Shown here: positions 29,993 to 32,000 of the stretch, piece by piece
Numbering within the stretch: the first letter of the stretch is position 1
Layout of the letters: each line of letters opens with the position of its first letter
DNA from: Candidatus Saccharimonadota bacterium
Lineage (GTDB): Bacteria > Patescibacteriota > Saccharimonadia > Saccharimonadales > Saccharimonadaceae
Assembly (NCBI GenBank): GCA_001029695.1
Contig: CP011211.1
Location: 390,001-422,000, forward strand
DNA: 32,000 bases
Direction of reading: 5' to 3'
Notes under the pieces: model-generated
Database searches by the model: none
What the model saw: the letters and a program-made list of their open reading frames with translations, nothing else
What the model was told of the DNA's origin: nothing
Made by a program: the position numbers and the translations under genes

Positions 29993-30752
29993 AAATCGAT
30001 CCCAGGGTTTCACTATCGTCGAGCTGATTGTCGTAATATCAGTACTATCGATACTTATCGGCCTCATAGCGACAACGCTCCTAAATTTCTACCTATCAAA
30101 TATAGCCACGATCAACCGTACGACGCAGGCAAATGACGTCGCAAGCACGCTACAATCGATAGAAAAAAATGTATCGCTTGCGAGTAACTTCCTCAGCAAG
30201 ACATCTAGTTCGGCACTTGCAACACCACTTGGTCCAGAAAACTCTGCGATGCCTTGGATCTTCAAGACAGGTGAGCCGAACTACAACGTATTGATTGTCC
30301 AGAACTACGCAACAGATGGTACATCGAGCGACACAGCTCGGAAACTCATCTATTCATCTCCTGATTGTAAGTCGGATCCTGTCAAGAATACTCTGATCTA
30401 CTTCGTTGACACTTCTAGTACATTATATCGCCGCACTATCAGCGGACCCCCCTCTGTCTGCGGCGGCGCAATATCTCAAAAAACAACTTGCGCTCCAACA
30501 GCGACCTCATCACCACTATGTATCGGTGTAGACGCTGTCCTTTCCAGGAACGTATCAAAATTTCAGATACACTATTTTGCCAATAGCTCAGACCAGACAC
30601 CCGTGGACCCATACTCACAATCAGAGGTAACAGCCGCAGACACCATAAGAAACGCCAAAGCAATAAACATAACACTAGAGACATCCGAAAACATAAACGG
30701 TAAACTGAATAAGTACGCAAGTACTTTGCGGATTACAAGGTTGAACGAATGA
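29973..30752 (+). CDS. type IV pilin-like / minor pilin protein
   Basis: MYHMSNKNRSQG|FTIVELIVVISVLSILIGL is a prepilin motif with Glu +5. SD-like GGAAGAG lies 7 nt upstream. It overlaps the previous gene by 20 nt, and its stop overlaps the next start (ATGA at 30749-30752). Confidence 0.8.
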   Translation: MYHMSNKNRSQGFTIVELIVVISVLSILIGLIATTLLNFYLSNIATINRTTQANDVASTLQSIEKNVSLASNFLSKTSSSALATPLGPENSAMPWIFKTGEPNYNVLIVQNYATDGTSSDTARKLIYSSPDCKSDPVKNTLIYFVDTSSTLYRRTISGPPSVCGGAISQKTTCAPTATSSPLCIGVDAVLSRNVSKFQIHYFANSSDQTPVDPYSQSEVTAADTIRNAKAINITLETSENINGKLNKYASTLRITRLNE

Positions 30753-32000
30753 GACTATATACCATACTTCAAAAGAACATTGACAGGCACGAACCTAGTC
30801 GTGGCTTTATATTGCCTGTCGCCATCGTACTATCCTTGGCTATAATGACCGTAAGTATCACTGCGCTCCAGCTCATCAGCCAAGCTAGCGCACGACAAAG
30901 TGAGGCCTACGCTCAGACACTTGCCGCCGAAGCGTCTCAAGCAGGGATCAAACATGCAAATGCTTGTATCGAACGAGGGGTGGCAACATGGGCTACCCCG
31001 CTCAAACCAGGACTTGATTGCAGCGGCACTCCGTCAGGCGCCCCCGACACCCTAACGACTCTTCGTGACTGGACTACCAGCTACAGTGTCACAATTAGCG
31101 GAGGAACCATAAACTCCGTGGGAATTGTAAACAGAGTACGAAGCGACGGCATTTCGATAGTAAGTACTATCGATAAACAGCTCAAGTCAGACACCGTAAC
31201 CGGAAGCTCATCGGTAGCCGTTGCTGCGCCCGACCCTAATCGACAATTTAGCTCTATAGGCGCAGGCTTTGAACATACCTGCGCTGTTTCGAGTGGAAAA
31301 GTATTTTGCTGGGGACAGAACAACGTAGGCCAGCTCGGTATCGGCATCACTGGAGGTACCTATACTACACCACAAGAAGTAAAAGGCGGACTGCTTGGCA
31401 AACGAGTCACCAGCATTGCACTCGGCTCTAATCATACCTGTGCTCTCGCGGAAACCATACCTCAAACAAGTACAAATGAGGTGTGGTGCTGGGGGCTTAA
31501 TACATACAGCGGCCTCGGCTCCAACGGCACCACTAATCAAAATGAACCGAGACGTGCACTTGGAGATATTAGTGGTAAACGCGTCATGAAAATCGCACTC
31601 GGCACAGGAGTCGAAGGCAATAACGCGTGCGCCATAACAGACGAGTCAGCCGATGCAGGCACGCGCGTAGCTCGAAATCTATACTGCTGGGGAAAGAATG
31701 GACAGGGACAACTAAGCACAAACAGCATCACCACTTTTGCAACCCCTAAGCGCTCCACTGACTATGCTCAATTGAATAGAAGCTTCGTAGATATAGCGAT
31801 GGGCAATAGCCACGCTTGCGGCATTCTAGCAAATGGAGACATGTACTGTTGGGGCGCAAATAGACCGTCAGGCGGTAGCGGTCTATTTGGGACGTTCGGC
31901 ATAGGCAAGGAAGACGACGATCCAAAGTACTCTACTATAACCTGGCGATACCCCCGACAGGCTATAGATACAAGTGAATTTGCATTTGGTAGCAACTTCG
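30749..32000 (+). CDS. PilX-like N-terminal pseudopilin helix fused to RCC1 (beta-propeller) repeats; partial, continues beyond window end
   Basis: My own translation (open to the window edge, so absent from the ORF track) reads MRLYTILQKNIDRHEPSRGFILPVAIVLSLAIMTVSITAL.... It is followed by at least 4 RCC1-type blades: HTCAVSSGKVFCWGQNNVGQLG, HTCALAE..VWCWGLNTYSGLG, NACAITDES..LYCWGKNGQGQLS and HACGILANGDMYCWGAN. Confidence 0.8.
   Translation, partial: MRLYTILQKNIDRHEPSRGFILPVAIVLSLAIMTVSITALQLISQASARQSEAYAQTLAAEASQAGIKHANACIERGVATWATPLKPGLDCSGTPSGAPDTLTTLRDWTTSYSVTISGGTINSVGIVNRVRSDGISIVSTIDKQLKSDTVTGSSSVAVAAPDPNRQFSSIGAGFEHTCAVSSGKVFCWGQNNVGQLGIGITGGTYTTPQEVKGGLLGKRVTSIALGSNHTCALAETIPQTSTNEVWCWGLNTYSGLGSNGTTNQNEPRRALGDISGKRVMKIALGTGVEGNNACAITDESADAGTRVARNLYCWGKNGQGQLSTNSITTFATPKRSTDYAQLNRSFVDIAMGNSHACGILANGDMYCWGANRPSGGSGLFGTFGIGKEDDDPKYSTITWRYPRQAIDTSEFAFGSNF

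Noticed and set aside
31081-31995. Several minus-strand ORFs of 73-110 aa and a 64-aa plus-strand ORF at the right edge
   Set aside because: All overlap a long uninterrupted plus-strand frame (starting at 30749) that encodes clear RCC1 repeats. They are shadow ORFs.

Overview
This is a densely packed chromosomal segment of roughly 45-50% GC. From gene content alone, I infer a small-genome, Gram-positive-type bacterium, possibly Saccharibacteria/TM7-like; no database search was possible.

- **1-14.4 kb:** a minus-strand housekeeping block. It holds a NifS/IscS-like desulfurase (partial), two unknown genes, tatD, metG, rsmA, an Rpf/G5 wall protein, a Nudix hydrolase, pcrA/uvrD, a disordered membrane-anchored protein, tpiA, pgk, pyk, a GH5 glycosidase and tRNA-Glu(UUC).
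- **14.4-18.1 kb:** a compositionally distinct insert next to tRNA-Glu. It has two small Cys/His-rich coupled genes, an AT-rich divergent promoter region, a leader of about 340 nt, and two coupled genes, one of them a GC-rich 5-TM protein with a Pro/Thr linker.
- **18.4-19.8 kb:** an LPXTG (LPQTG) DUF11-type surface protein.
- **20.1-27.8 kb (the most unusual part):** two paralogous 7TM-GAF histidine kinases, a SAM methyltransferase, a ThiF-like enzyme, an autoinducer-synthase-like GNAT acyltransferase and a divergent receiver-only response regulator.
- **27.8-32 kb:** folD, a DUF5684-like membrane protein, tRNA-Lys(CUU), and a pilin operon ending in a PilX-like N-terminus fused to RCC1 repeats, which runs off the window.

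No rRNA, CRISPR array, transposase or integrase was seen. A recurring feature is a -10 box 6-10 nt upstream of the start codon, implying leaderless mRNAs.
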